DNA of 64,000 bases from Smithella sp. (GCA_012510495.1 JAAZHX010000216.1:22-64021); one strand, 5' to 3'. Numbered from the stretch's first letter, positions 35,841-44,938 are shown. The notes: generated by a model from the letters alone, not told the origin. Program-made: numbers and translations.

Positions 35841-37190
35841 TTAGTTTTTCAAATCGTATTTCTTCAGCTTGTACCGAAGCATTCTTTCCGACATGCCCAA
35901 AGATTCCGCGGCTTTGGTCTGGTTGTCGGCTGCCTTTACCAGGGCTTCGCCAATCAGGCGCTTTTCCAGCTCTTCGACGGAATCCCGCAGCGTGCCAGCC
36001 GGCGCCCCGGAAAAAGAACCGTACTGAAAGGGTAAATCGCTTACGGTGATATAGTCGTTGCGGGCGATAACGACGGCCCGTTCCATGATGTTGACCAGTT
36101 CCCGGATATTGCCCGGATAGTCGTATTTCAAAAGCAAATCCCTGGCCTCCGCGGTGATGCCCTTGAAACTCTTCGCGTTTTCCAGGGAAAATTTTTCCAG
36201 ATAATGATTCAAGAGCGCCGGCAGATCTTCCTTTCTTTCCCGAAGCGGCGGAAGGGACATGGCCACCACTTTCAACCGGTAAAAAAGATCCTCGCGGAAG
36301 GCCCCCTCCCGGACACGCGCCTCCAGATCGCGGTTGGTGGCGCTGATGATCCGGACGTCCACGGAAATGCTGGCATTGCTGCCGAGACGCGAAAATTCTT
36401 TCTCCTGCAAAAACCGCAAGAGTTTCACCTGAATGGCGGGACTCAGCTCGCCGATTTCGTCCAAGAAAAGCGTGCCGCCGTCCGCCTCTTCGAAGCGGCC
36501 GATGCGCCGTGAACCGGCGCCGGTGTAAGCGCCCTTTTCGTGGCCGAACAGTTCGCTCTCCAGCAGATTTTCCTGCAGGGCGCCGCAGTTCACCACGACA
36601 ATGGGCCTGGAAGCCCGCGGACTCAACTGATGAATCAGCCTCGCCAGAAGCTCCTTGCCCGTGCCGCTTTCCCCTGAAATCAGCACGGTGGCCCGGCTGG
36701 GCGCAACGCGGCTGGCCATGTTCATCAGCTCCACCATGCCGGCGCTTTGGTAAATGATTTTTTCCGCAGTGACGCCGGTCTTGCCCAGTTCCTGTTTCAG
36801 AAGATCATTTTCACGGATCAGCCCGCGGCGCTCCGCCACGCGGTCCACGAGAATCAGCAGCTCCTCCAGTTCAATCGGTTTCGTGATATAATCCACGGCC
36901 CCCGCCTTGATCGCCTCCACGGCGGTTTCGATGGTTCCGTACGCGGTGATGATCACGACATCGATCTCGTGATTGATTCTTTTTACTTCCTTGAGAACGG
37001 CCAGCCCGTCCATGCCGGGCATTTTGTAATCCAGAAGGATCAGGTCATAATGATGGCTGGCGACCATTGTAACCGCCTCTTCGCCATTTTCCGCCTCCAT
37101 GACCCGGTGCCCTTCGGAAATGAGAAAATCCCGAAGCATTTCCCGCTGGGATCGGCCGTCTTCCACAATCAGGATATGTAATTTCGACAT
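35841..37190 (-). CDS. Sigma-54-dependent response regulator (NtrC/AtoC family)
   Basis: REC domain (DLILLDYKMPGMDG), AAA+ domain with GESGTGKE and GAFTGA-like GAYTGA, ESELFGHEKG, and a C-terminal Fis-type HTH. Confidence 0.9.
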   Translation of the reverse strand: MSKLHILIVEDGRSQREMLRDFLISEGHRVMEAENGEEAVTMVASHHYDLILLDYKMPGMDGLAVLKEVKRINHEIDVVIITAYGTIETAVEAIKAGAVDYITKPIELEELLILVDRVAERRGLIRENDLLKQELGKTGVTAEKIIYQSAGMVELMNMASRVAPSRATVLISGESGTGKELLARLIHQLSPRASRPIVVVNCGALQENLLESELFGHEKGAYTGAGSRRIGRFEEADGGTLFLDEIGELSPAIQVKLLRFLQEKEFSRLGSNASISVDVRIISATNRDLEARVREGAFREDLFYRLKVVAMSLPPLRERKEDLPALLNHYLEKFSLENAKSFKGITAEARDLLLKYDYPGNIRELVNIMERAVVIARNDYITVSDLPFQYGSFSGAPAGTLRDSVEELEKRLIGEALVKAADNQTKAAESLGMSERMLRYKLKKYDLKN

Positions 37191-37209
37191 GGCGTTCTGT
37201 CCTTGGCAA

Positions 37210-39015
37210 TCAGGTTTTGTCGCTTATTTTTTCGACCGGCAGCACAATTTCAAACGTGGTTCCCTCACCCGGGCGGCTGATCACGCGAACGTCGCCGCCG
37301 TGGCCGCGGATAATCTCCGCGGCCAGAGGAATGCCCAGCCCCAGGCCTTTTTCCTTGGTCGTGTATTCCGGACTGAAAACTTTTTCGATTTCCTCCGGAG
37401 TCATGCCGCAGCCAGTGTCCGCGATGCTTACCAAAACGTGTTTTTTGCCCTCCCGGCTGACGGTAATGGTGATTTTGCCCCGGTCGCCGATGGATTCCAT
37501 GGCGTTTTTCATAAAGTTTAAAAAGGCCTGCTGGAGCTTATTGATGTCCATGGGAATGACGGCGGGGAAGAGCCGCCACCCGGTTTCCAGCGTAATGTTT
37601 CTCGAAGCCGCTTCTTCCGACATCAGATGGACAATTTTTTGCAGAACTTCCGTTACGGAGAAATTGCTCAATTCCAACCTTCTGCTCTTGGAAAAAGAAA
37701 GAAACTCTTCGATGATCCCGTTGAGACGGCGGATTTCATCGCGGATGACCGTAGAAAGATTTGTAAATTCCCGGGCCTTTACGGCATCCGGGGGAATGAA
37801 ATCTCTTTTCAGACGCTGAGTCGCCATGCTGATGGCGTTGAGCGGATTGCGTATTTCGTGCGCCACCCCCGCGGCCAATTGCCCCAGAGAAGAAAGCCGT
37901 TCCGCTTTTTCCAGCCGGCGCTCCATGTCGATAATACCTGCCAGATGCCGGTTCTGATCATGGTAGAGCAGCCACATGGACAAAAGAGCGATGCCGGCGA
38001 CAAACAGCATGAAAATAAAAATATTCTTCCGGTTTTCGGCAATAATCTTGTCCATGGAGCCGCGGTCCAGGCCGATGCGGACAATCCCGGCGATCTTTTC
38101 TTTTGGCAGGTAGGGGTTTTCCATGATGAAGGGGGCGGCCACATCCAGAATCTTGATTCCCTGCCGGTCCACCTTCCTGCTGAGAATTCTTTTTTTCCCT
38201 TTTGTCATTTCCTGATCATTGAGATCCCTGCTGGTCAAGCCGGCCGGTAATTCTCCGCTATTCCCCAGCAGGATTTTCTGATCATTGAAAACTTGCAGGT
38301 AAGTAATGCCGTGGCCTTCGCCCATTTTGCTCATGGCCCTTTCGACGGCGACTTTCAGGCTCCAGTACAGTCTGCCCTGCCGGTCCAGGCAGAAGACGGC
38401 AATCCCGCCTCCTCCCCCGAGCTTCATGCCGACGTAGCCGATGTCCTGTTTGATGCGGATTTTTTCCAGCAATTCAATAGTTGTAGCCTTACGCCCCTTG
38501 ACGGTCAAATCGCTTTTCGGCAGCATGTCGGTTTTCAGGGGACCGCTCTGATAAAGGAGATCACCGCGCATATTCAGAATGGCCACGTACCAAAAATTAT
38601 TATGGGCCGCAAACTCGCGAAGGTAGTCGTTGCTCAGCAATTTCTTTTTCCACTGTTCGTCGATTTGCTGCCCCAGTTTGGTGATGGCATCGTAAACCAG
38701 CTGGATGGAATAGGCGGATTCCGCTTCTTTGGCGGTTTTGAGATGCGACGGCATTTTCCCTTTGGCGGCGGCGATGCTTTTCAGATTATCTTCCGTCTGG
38801 CGCAAAAGGACGCTGATGGTAGTCAGGGCCTGATCTTCCATAAATCCGACCAGGTTGGTTTCGTTACGACGAATATCCAGATAGCCCATCACCAGAATCA
38901 GAGCGACCAGGATTGCCGACACAATACCGACAGCCAGCGGTTGAAGAAAATTTCCGTTATACGAATGTGCGCCACGCCGGGTGATTGTTTTCGTTTTTTG
39001 AAAAAGCAACATCAT
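37210..39015 (-). CDS. Sensor histidine kinase with a large periplasmic domain
   Basis: Two TM segments flank a roughly 300-aa extracytoplasmic region. H-box AHEIRNPL. N/G boxes (DTGCGM, GLGLGI). Confidence 0.85.
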   Translation of the reverse strand: MMLLFQKTKTITRRGAHSYNGNFLQPLAVGIVSAILVALILVMGYLDIRRNETNLVGFMEDQALTTISVLLRQTEDNLKSIAAAKGKMPSHLKTAKEAESAYSIQLVYDAITKLGQQIDEQWKKKLLSNDYLREFAAHNNFWYVAILNMRGDLLYQSGPLKTDMLPKSDLTVKGRKATTIELLEKIRIKQDIGYVGMKLGGGGGIAVFCLDRQGRLYWSLKVAVERAMSKMGEGHGITYLQVFNDQKILLGNSGELPAGLTSRDLNDQEMTKGKKRILSRKVDRQGIKILDVAAPFIMENPYLPKEKIAGIVRIGLDRGSMDKIIAENRKNIFIFMLFVAGIALLSMWLLYHDQNRHLAGIIDMERRLEKAERLSSLGQLAAGVAHEIRNPLNAISMATQRLKRDFIPPDAVKAREFTNLSTVIRDEIRRLNGIIEEFLSFSKSRRLELSNFSVTEVLQKIVHLMSEEAASRNITLETGWRLFPAVIPMDINKLQQAFLNFMKNAMESIGDRGKITITVSREGKKHVLVSIADTGCGMTPEEIEKVFSPEYTTKEKGLGLGIPLAAEIIRGHGGDVRVISRPGEGTTFEIVLPVEKISDKT

Positions 39016-39192
39016 ATCCTTGTTTTACAAAAATTTAACGGACGCTTCTTCACTGTCATGGACACTTGCCGAGCATCATCGGGTTTTTTCCTGTAAAAGT
39101 CAACGATAAATGAAGGCAAAAACCGACATTTTTGTCGAAAGATGACAAAAAATGTATCCAGCCTATCTGCTTGTTATTATTCGATTAAATTG

Positions 39193-39218
39193 ATGTCGAA
39201 CCAAAACCGGTTCGACAT
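39193..39218. promoter_or_regulatory. Palindromic candidate enhancer (UAS) for the adjacent NtrC-type regulator
   Basis: ATGTCGAACC-aaaacc-GGTTCGACAT has 10-bp perfect arms, centred about 110 nt upstream of the -24 element. A related CGACAttttTGTCG lies at 39124-39137. Confidence 0.4.
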
Positions 39219-39313
39219 TTTTACCGAATCCGCCGGATCGCAGACGGGGAGGCAAACGGGGCTTATTCGTTAAAAGTCTTTTATATCAATAACTTACGAT
39301 TCGATTCCTACTC

Positions 39314-39329
39314 TGGCACAGTATCTGCT
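39314..39329 (+). promoter_or_regulatory. Sigma-54 (-24/-12) promoter
   Basis: TGGCACagtatCTGCTT has GG and GC separated by exactly 10 nt, matching TGGCAC-N5-TTGCW at all key positions. Confidence 0.55.
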
Positions 39330-39339
39330 TCATAATGGT

Positions 39340-39470
39340 TCAGAAAAAGGAATAGTGTCGACTAAAATATTACGGGCATGATTAGCCGACAGCAAAATAA
39401 CCAGAGAAGGCAACCAAGCCTTCACTCTTCTCTCCTGACGGGAGGCTCTCAACCAGCCTCCCGTTTTTTA
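39340..39470 (+). ncRNA. Candidate sigma-54-dependent small RNA (about 130 nt)
   Basis: Bounded by the sigma-54 promoter and an intrinsic terminator whose U-tract is on this strand. It has no credible ORF. It contains the C/U-rich stretch CCUUCACUCUUCUCUCCU (anti-SD-like) just 5' of the terminator. Confidence 0.45.
39438..39470 (+). terminator. Rho-independent terminator
   Basis: ACGGGAGGCT-ctcaacc-AGCCTCCCGT followed by TTTTTTATTTTTT. Confidence 0.7.
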
Positions 39471-39474
39471 TTTT

Positions 39475-40833
39475 TTATTCCTCCGATCCCTTCTTTGCTT
39501 CGGTTTTCCGGCGCCGCCATTCGGCGATTCTCTCTTTGATGATTTTTTCGTATCCGGCCTCGGTCGGAGAGTAGAGCACTTTTCCCTGGAGCTTATCCGG
39601 AAAATACTCCTGCGGAACATAGGCATCGGAATAGTCGTGCGCGTATTTGTAGTCTTTGCCGTAGGCCAGATCCTTCATCAGTTTGGTCGGAGCGTTGCGG
39701 ATGTGCAGGGGAACGGGAAGATATCCGGTTTTGTTAATTAAGTCCCTGGTTTGTCCGTAGCCGGTGTACAGAGAGTTGCTTTTGGGCGCCACAGCCAGAT
39801 AAACGGCCGCCTGCGCGATGGCCAGCTCGCCTTCCGGCAGGCCGATGAAATGAAACGCCTGCTGGGCAGCCATCGTCAGCACCAAGGCATGGGGATCGGC
39901 GTTGCCGATATCTTCGGAGGCAAAACGCACCATGCGCCGCAGAATGTAAAGCGGGTCCTCTCCGGCGGCCAGCATGCGGCCCAGCCAGTAAAGGGTTGCG
40001 TCCGGATCGCTTCCGCGCATGCTTTTATGAAAGGCCGAAATCAGGTTGTAATGCTCCTCTCCGTCCTTGTCGTATAGAAGGGCTTTTTTCAGCAGCGCCT
40101 CTTCGGCGGATTTCGCCGTGATCGTTCGTTCCTCCCCGGGCAGCGACTGGACCATCGAGGCCGCCGCCTCCAGGTTGTTCAAGGCCGTTCGGGCGTCGCC
40201 GTCGGAAATCCCGACGATAAACTGTAAGGCTTCATCGTCGATTTGAATGGCGAATTCACCCAACCCCCTTTGCGGATCGGAAAGCGCGCGCTTCAGGATG
40301 GCCATCAGGTCTTCTTCCGTGAACTGTTTGAGCAGCATCACGCGCGTTCTGGACAAAAGCGGCGCGATGACTTCAAAAGAGGGATTTTCCGTGGTTGCGC
40401 CGATCAGCGTGATCAATCCGCTTTCCACGTGCGGCAGGAAAGCGTCCTGCTGGGCTTTGTTGAAGCGGTGGATTTCATCGACAAACAAAATGGTTTTCCG
40501 CTTTTTGGCTTCCCAGAGATCCCGGGCGTCGTCAATCACCTGCCGGATTTCCCTGACCCCGGAAAGGACGGCGGAAAAACTGATAAAGCAGGCTTTGGTT
40601 TCATTTGCCAGGATTCTGGCCAGCGTGGTTTTCCCGGAGCCGGGCGGCCCCCAGAAAATCATCGAAAAAAGTTTGTCCTCCGCGATGGAGCGCCTCAGCA
40701 GCGTCCCCTCGCCGACCAGGTGCGGCTGACCGATGTAATCGGCGAGCGCAAGCGGCCTCATTCTTTCGGCCAGCGGCGCAGTGTCCAATGCGTCATCCGG
40801 AGTTCTCTGGCTGAATAAATCCAGATTTTTCAT
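39475..40833 (-). CDS. rarA: Replication-associated recombination protein A (AAA+ ATPase)
   Basis: Walker A GPPGSGKTT, Walker B LFVDEIHRFNK, and the MgsA C-terminal domain (HYNLISAFHKSMRGSDPDA). Confidence 0.9.
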   Translation of the reverse strand: MKNLDLFSQRTPDDALDTAPLAERMRPLALADYIGQPHLVGEGTLLRRSIAEDKLFSMIFWGPPGSGKTTLARILANETKACFISFSAVLSGVREIRQVIDDARDLWEAKKRKTILFVDEIHRFNKAQQDAFLPHVESGLITLIGATTENPSFEVIAPLLSRTRVMLLKQFTEEDLMAILKRALSDPQRGLGEFAIQIDDEALQFIVGISDGDARTALNNLEAAASMVQSLPGEERTITAKSAEEALLKKALLYDKDGEEHYNLISAFHKSMRGSDPDATLYWLGRMLAAGEDPLYILRRMVRFASEDIGNADPHALVLTMAAQQAFHFIGLPEGELAIAQAAVYLAVAPKSNSLYTGYGQTRDLINKTGYLPVPLHIRNAPTKLMKDLAYGKDYKYAHDYSDAYVPQEYFPDKLQGKVLYSPTEAGYEKIIKERIAEWRRRKTEAKKGSEE

Positions 40834-41087
40834 GTTCGCCTCTTTGCTTTCTCCAGAATTTCAATCAAACTGACCACCTTGTCTTTGGGCTGCGCCTCCG
40901 CAAAGCGTTTCCGCTCCTCCTGCGTCAGGTTTTCCTCAAGCAGCGACGCCACATCAAAAGCGGCTTGCCAGCAAAAAATAATCCGCGCGCAGGGCAGATC
41001 CCCCGATTCCCGCAAACAGTAGGCAAATGTCATTTCGTCGCCCAATTTGGGGCAGCGGGTGATTTTATGATCATGCGGGGTTTTCAT
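40830..41087 (-). CDS. Small Cys-containing hypothetical protein
   Basis: 85-aa ORF whose stop overlaps the rarA start by 4 nt. Confidence 0.5.
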   Translation of the reverse strand: MKTPHDHKITRCPKLGDEMTFAYCLRESGDLPCARIIFCWQAAFDVASLLEENLTQEERKRFAEAQPKDKVVSLIEILEKAKRRT

Positions 41088-41104
41088 TGCACGTCAGCTT
41101 GACG

Positions 41105-41145
41105 AAAAAAAGAAAAACCGTCAAGAAATTTTATTTCCCTGACGG
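41105..41145 (-). terminator. Rho-independent terminator after trpB2
   Basis: On the minus strand, CCGTCAGGGAAAT-aaa-ATTTCTTGACGG is followed by TTTTTCTTTTTTT. Confidence 0.65.
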
Positions 41146-41216
41146 CTTTCGTAGGAAACGGCCTGCCGCCCGCAAGGGTGGTTCGAATCGTTCCCTGCAT
41201 CATATCATTGAAGTCC

Positions 41217-42578
41217 TTACAGCCTTGGGAAATCCTTAATGGCTTTCAGGGCTCTCTCGATTTCGTGATCCGGCAGTTCGTAGGCCTCCAGTTTGCCCGA
41301 CAGGTAGGCATCATAGGAGACCAGATCCACCAGGCCGTGGCCGCTCCAGTTAAAGAGAATGATCTTTTCTTTTCCTTCTTCTTTGGCACGCATCGCTTCA
41401 TCCACAACAGCGGCCAGAACGTGGTTGGTTTCCGGCGCGGGAATGAAGCCTTCGGAACGGGCCCATTTGACGCCCGCATCGAAGGTTTTGAGTTGATCGT
41501 AGGCTCTGGGCTCAATCAGTTTTTCCCGGACCAGATGGCTGACGATGGGCGCCATGCCGTGATAGCGCAGACCGCCCGCGTGAATCGGCGCGGGGATGTA
41601 GTCGTGGCCCAGCGTGTACATCGGAAGCAGCGGCGTGGATTTGGCCAGGTCTCCGAAATCGTAGGCGAACGGGCCTTTGGTCATGCTGGGACAGGACATG
41701 GGCTCCGCTCCGACAATCTTCACATTCTTGCCGTGGATCTTGTCGCAGACAAACGGCGTGGAAATGCCGGCAAAGTTGCTCCCGCCACCGCAGCAGCCCA
41801 TGACCACATCGGGATAAAGGCCAAGCTTTTGCATTTGCTTCTGCGCTTCCAGACCGATAATCGACTGGTAGAGAATCACGTGATTCAACACGCTGCCCAG
41901 GCCATAGTGCGTGTTCGGGCTGCTCACCGCATCTTCAATGGCTTCGCTGATGGCAATGCCCAGGGAACCGGGAGTATCCGGGTGTTTTGCCAAAACATCG
42001 CGTCCGATCTCGGTCAGATTGCTGGGACTGGAAATGCATTCCGCTCCCCAGGTATTCATCATCAGACGGCGGTATGGTTTTTGTTCATAACTGACCCTGA
42101 CCATGTAAACCCGGCACGCCAGATCAAACATCTGGCAGGCCATCGCCAGGGCGCTTCCCCACTGACCTGCGCCGGTTTCCGTGGTCATGCGCTTAGTTCC
42201 GGCCTCCCGGTTATAGTAGGCCATCGGAACCGCCGCATTAGGTTTGTGCGATCCGGCAGGGCTGACGCCTTCATTTTTATAATAAATCTGCACGGGACAG
42301 CCCAGCAGTTTTTCGAAATTGCGCGCCCGGTAAAGGGGAGACGGCCTCCACAGAACGTATTTTTGCAGGACCTCGTCGGGAATGTCAATCCAGCGCCGGG
42401 CGGAGGCTTCCTGCTCGATGATGTTCATAGGGAAAATAGCCGCCAGATCCTGCGGCGTGACCGGCTGATGCGTGCCGGGGTGCAGGGGCGGTTTCATCGG
42501 CGTGGGCATATCCGCCATGACATTGTACCACTGCCTGGGTATTTCATGATCTTCCAATAACGTTTTGACCTGTTCCAT
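41217..42578 (-). CDS. trpB: TrpB2-type tryptophan synthase beta-like PLP enzyme
   Basis: The N-terminal extension IPRQWYNVMADMP and the motifs GSHKPN and TETGAGQWGSA are characteristic of TrpB2. AAGGAG lies before the ATG at 42578. Confidence 0.9.
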   Translation of the reverse strand: MEQVKTLLEDHEIPRQWYNVMADMPTPMKPPLHPGTHQPVTPQDLAAIFPMNIIEQEASARRWIDIPDEVLQKYVLWRPSPLYRARNFEKLLGCPVQIYYKNEGVSPAGSHKPNAAVPMAYYNREAGTKRMTTETGAGQWGSALAMACQMFDLACRVYMVRVSYEQKPYRRLMMNTWGAECISSPSNLTEIGRDVLAKHPDTPGSLGIAISEAIEDAVSSPNTHYGLGSVLNHVILYQSIIGLEAQKQMQKLGLYPDVVMGCCGGGSNFAGISTPFVCDKIHGKNVKIVGAEPMSCPSMTKGPFAYDFGDLAKSTPLLPMYTLGHDYIPAPIHAGGLRYHGMAPIVSHLVREKLIEPRAYDQLKTFDAGVKWARSEGFIPAPETNHVLAAVVDEAMRAKEEGKEKIILFNWSGHGLVDLVSYDAYLSGKLEAYELPDHEIERALKAIKDFPRL

Positions 42579-42656
42579 CTCTTTTTTCTCCTTTACAAGA
42601 ATGATTCTCGGGTTCCTTTCAGCAAACGATTTTAGCGCCCGGTCCAAGCCGGGGCC

Positions 42657-42693
42657 AAAAAAAATGCCATGGGATTTTCTTCCCATGGCATTT
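42657..42693 (-). terminator. Intrinsic terminator of the trpB2 leader (attenuator)
   Basis: On the minus strand, AAUGCCAUGGG-aagaaaau-CCCAUGGCAUU (11-bp perfect stem) is followed by U8. It lies about 80 nt upstream of the trpB2 ATG. Confidence 0.8.
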
Positions 42694-42755
42694 CTAATCC
42701 ATTGACGAGTCACGGGAAGGAGCCTCCCTGCCCATGCTCGGTAACTTACAGGAGC

Positions 42756-42815
42756 CTACGGGCAGACATTCATCGCCTGCCACCACCAGTTGCTGTTGAA
42801 AAAACTTTTTACCAT
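42756..42815 (-). CDS. Trp-rich leader peptide (MVKSFFNSNWWWQAMNVCP)
   Basis: A 19-codon ORF with three consecutive TGG codons (42780-42788) lies upstream of the terminator and trpB2. Purine-rich GAAGGAAGG lies upstream of its ATG. Confidence 0.6.
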   Translation of the reverse strand: MVKSFFNSNWWWQAMNVCP

Positions 42816-43004
42816 TATCCGATAAACCTTCCTTCACATTTGGCACTTGCCTAACACAACCGTAAAAGAGATGTCAAGACTAATTTTGATGAACTCGTAA
42901 AAATGGTTTGCAGCCCCGTGCACTCCGGATGCGCGGTTATTCCGGCGCGCCTTGCCGTCGTATGCCAGGCGCGTCGGCCCGGATGCCCCTGTTGCCATTC
43001 ACCA

Positions 43005-44462
43005 TCATTTCGTTTCATTTGTCCCGATGCCCAAGGCCTTGGCGACGCCTTCGCCGTAGGCAGGATCAGCCTTAAGGCAGTTGCCGATATGACGGATTTT
43101 GATTTCCCGGGGCGCGTCGCCCATGGCCCGCGCCGTATTGTCGAAGAGCGCCTGTTGTTGCGCGTCGTTCATCAGACGGAAGAGCTTGCCCGGCTGTGTA
43201 TAATAATCGTCATCCTGGGGATAGTGGTCCGCGGCGCCGTCGAGCGCCAGCGGCGGTTCGCGCAGCTCCGGCCGGTCCTGCCATTCGCCATAGCCGTTCG
43301 GGTCATAACCAAGGGTTCCGCCCTGGTTACCGTCAACGCGCATGGCACCGTCGCGATGGTAGATGTTTGTCGCACAGCGCGGCGCGTTGACCGGAATCTG
43401 GTGATGGTTGACGCCGAGGCGGTAACGCTGGGTGTCACCATAGGAGAAGAGCCGCCCCTGCAGCATCTTGTCCGGCGAGAAACCGATGCCGGGCACAATA
43501 TTCGCGGGGTTAAAGGCCGACTGTTCGACCTCGGCAAAATAATTTTCCGGATTCCTGTTGAGCTCAAGAACGCCGACCTCGATGAGTGGGAAATCCTTGT
43601 GATACCAGACTTTGGTCAGGTCGAACGGATTGTAGGATATCTTGGCCGCGTCTTTCTCGGGCATGACCTGGATGAACAGCGTCCAGCGCGGAAAATCCTT
43701 GCGTTCGATCGCGTCGTAGAGGTCGCGCTGATGGCTCTCGCGGCATTTGCCGATCGCCGCCTCGGCCTCGGCATCGGTCAGATTTTTTATGCCCTGCTGA
43801 GTACGGAAGTGGAATTTGACCCAGAAGCGTTCGTTTCGCGCGTTGATCATACTGAAGGTATGGCTGCCGAACATGTGCATATGGCGGTAGCTTGTGGGTA
43901 TGCCGCGGTCGCTCATGGTAATGGTGATCTGGTGCAACGCTTCGGGCAGCGAAGTCCAGAAGTCCCAGTTGTTTTTGGCGCTGCGCAGGTTGGTGCGCGG
44001 ATCGCGTTTAACCGCGCGGTTCAGCCCGGGAAAACGCAACGGATCGCGCAGAAAAAAGACAGGCGTATTGTTGCCGACCAGATCCCAGTTGCCTTCTTCG
44101 GTATAAAACTTAATGGCCGTGCCGCGAATATCGCGCTCGGCGTCAGCCGCGCCGCGTTCGCCGGCCACCGTCGAGAAGCGCAGGAAGAGCTCGGTTTTCT
44201 TGCCGATCTGCGAAAAGATTTTCGCCTTGGTGTATTTGGTGATGTCATGGGTTACCGTGAAGACACCGTAGGCGCCGGAACCTTTGGCGTGCATGCGCCG
44301 TTCGGGGATGACCTCGCGGTCGAAGTGGGCCAGCTTTTCCAGGTACCAGACGTCCTGCAGCAGCTGCGGCCCCCGCGGGCCGGCAGTCAGCACATTTTCA
44401 TTGTCCGCAACGGGCGCTCCCGCGGCTGTTGTCAGTTTCTTTTTCCCGTCGTTCATCTTCAA
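43005..44462 (-). CDS. katA: Monofunctional heme catalase (small-subunit type)
   Basis: Typical motifs [31 protein letters not shown] and [14 protein letters not shown]. Confidence 0.95.
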   Translation of the reverse strand: MKMNDGKKKLTTAAGAPVADNENVLTAGPRGPQLLQDVWYLEKLAHFDREVIPERRMHAKGSGAYGVFTVTHDITKYTKAKIFSQIGKKTELFLRFSTVAGERGAADAERDIRGTAIKFYTEEGNWDLVGNNTPVFFLRDPLRFPGLNRAVKRDPRTNLRSAKNNWDFWTSLPEALHQITITMSDRGIPTSYRHMHMFGSHTFSMINARNERFWVKFHFRTQQGIKNLTDAEAEAAIGKCRESHQRDLYDAIERKDFPRWTLFIQVMPEKDAAKISYNPFDLTKVWYHKDFPLIEVGVLELNRNPENYFAEVEQSAFNPANIVPGIGFSPDKMLQGRLFSYGDTQRYRLGVNHHQIPVNAPRCATNIYHRDGAMRVDGNQGGTLGYDPNGYGEWQDRPELREPPLALDGAADHYPQDDDYYTQPGKLFRLMNDAQQQALFDNTARAMGDAPREIKIRHIGNCLKADPAYGEGVAKALGIGTNETK

Positions 44463-44483
44463 TCTCCTTTCATGGTTTGGTTT

Positions 44484-44573
44484 TTACAGATGCTGTTCAA
44501 GCTTTCCCACACTCAACGGATTGCAGAGAATGTGCCCGCGATGCGTGATGTTAAAGAATTTCCACATATCCAT
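44484..44573 (-). pseudogene. 29-codon remnant resembling the N-terminus of a SAM-dependent methyltransferase
   Basis: MDMWKFFNITHRGHILCNPLSVGKLEQHL resembles the W.FF.ITHR.H..CNP.S..K N-terminal pattern I recall for a class I methyltransferase group. It terminates after 29 codons. Confidence 0.3.
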
Positions 44574-44938
44574 TGCTATACCCTTTGATCAATCTCCGCT
44601 TCAATTTTAATCTGCTCGCCTGGTTTTTTCGATGTTTGACCTGATATTACTATATTGTAAAAGGAATACCAACAGAAAAGTTCTTAAATACCGGCATAAC
44701 GAGCCTGATGAACTTATGGCGCCCGGAATACTTCCCGACGCGCAGCCCCGCGTCGATGCGCACGCGGCGTATGGCGGCTCTTCGCGAGTCGTTTGACAAT
44801 GAAAATCAGCTATGCTACAGGGAGCACGTGTGACCAGCAGGTTTTCGTCATGATACGGATTCATGAAACAGCGCAGAACGAATTTGAAAAAAGGCTTTTT
44901 GGACAGCATACCCATAAAACATTAAGGAGAGTGAAACC

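Noticed and set aside
41176-41190. GGTTCGAATC, a tRNA T-loop-like motif.
   Set aside because: The flanking 5-mers (GGTGG / CGTTC) cannot form a T-stem, and no acceptor or anticodon arms are present. It is part of the REP-like repeat instead.
42775-42795. UGGUGGUGGCAGGCG, which resembles a T-box core sequence.
   Set aside because: It lies about 110 nt from the terminator rather than forming its antiterminator bulge. It is fully explained as the WWW codons of a translated leader peptide.
42839-42856. TGGCACTTGCCTAACA as a sigma-54 promoter.
   Set aside because: The -12 GC is not at the required spacing from the GG. It also points into the 3' end of the convergent catalase gene.
42849-42877. 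TTGACA (minus strand, 42872-42877) as the promoter of the trpB2 leader.
   Set aside because: There is no convincing -10 at 16-18 nt spacing (TTAGGC at best). It is left unannotated.
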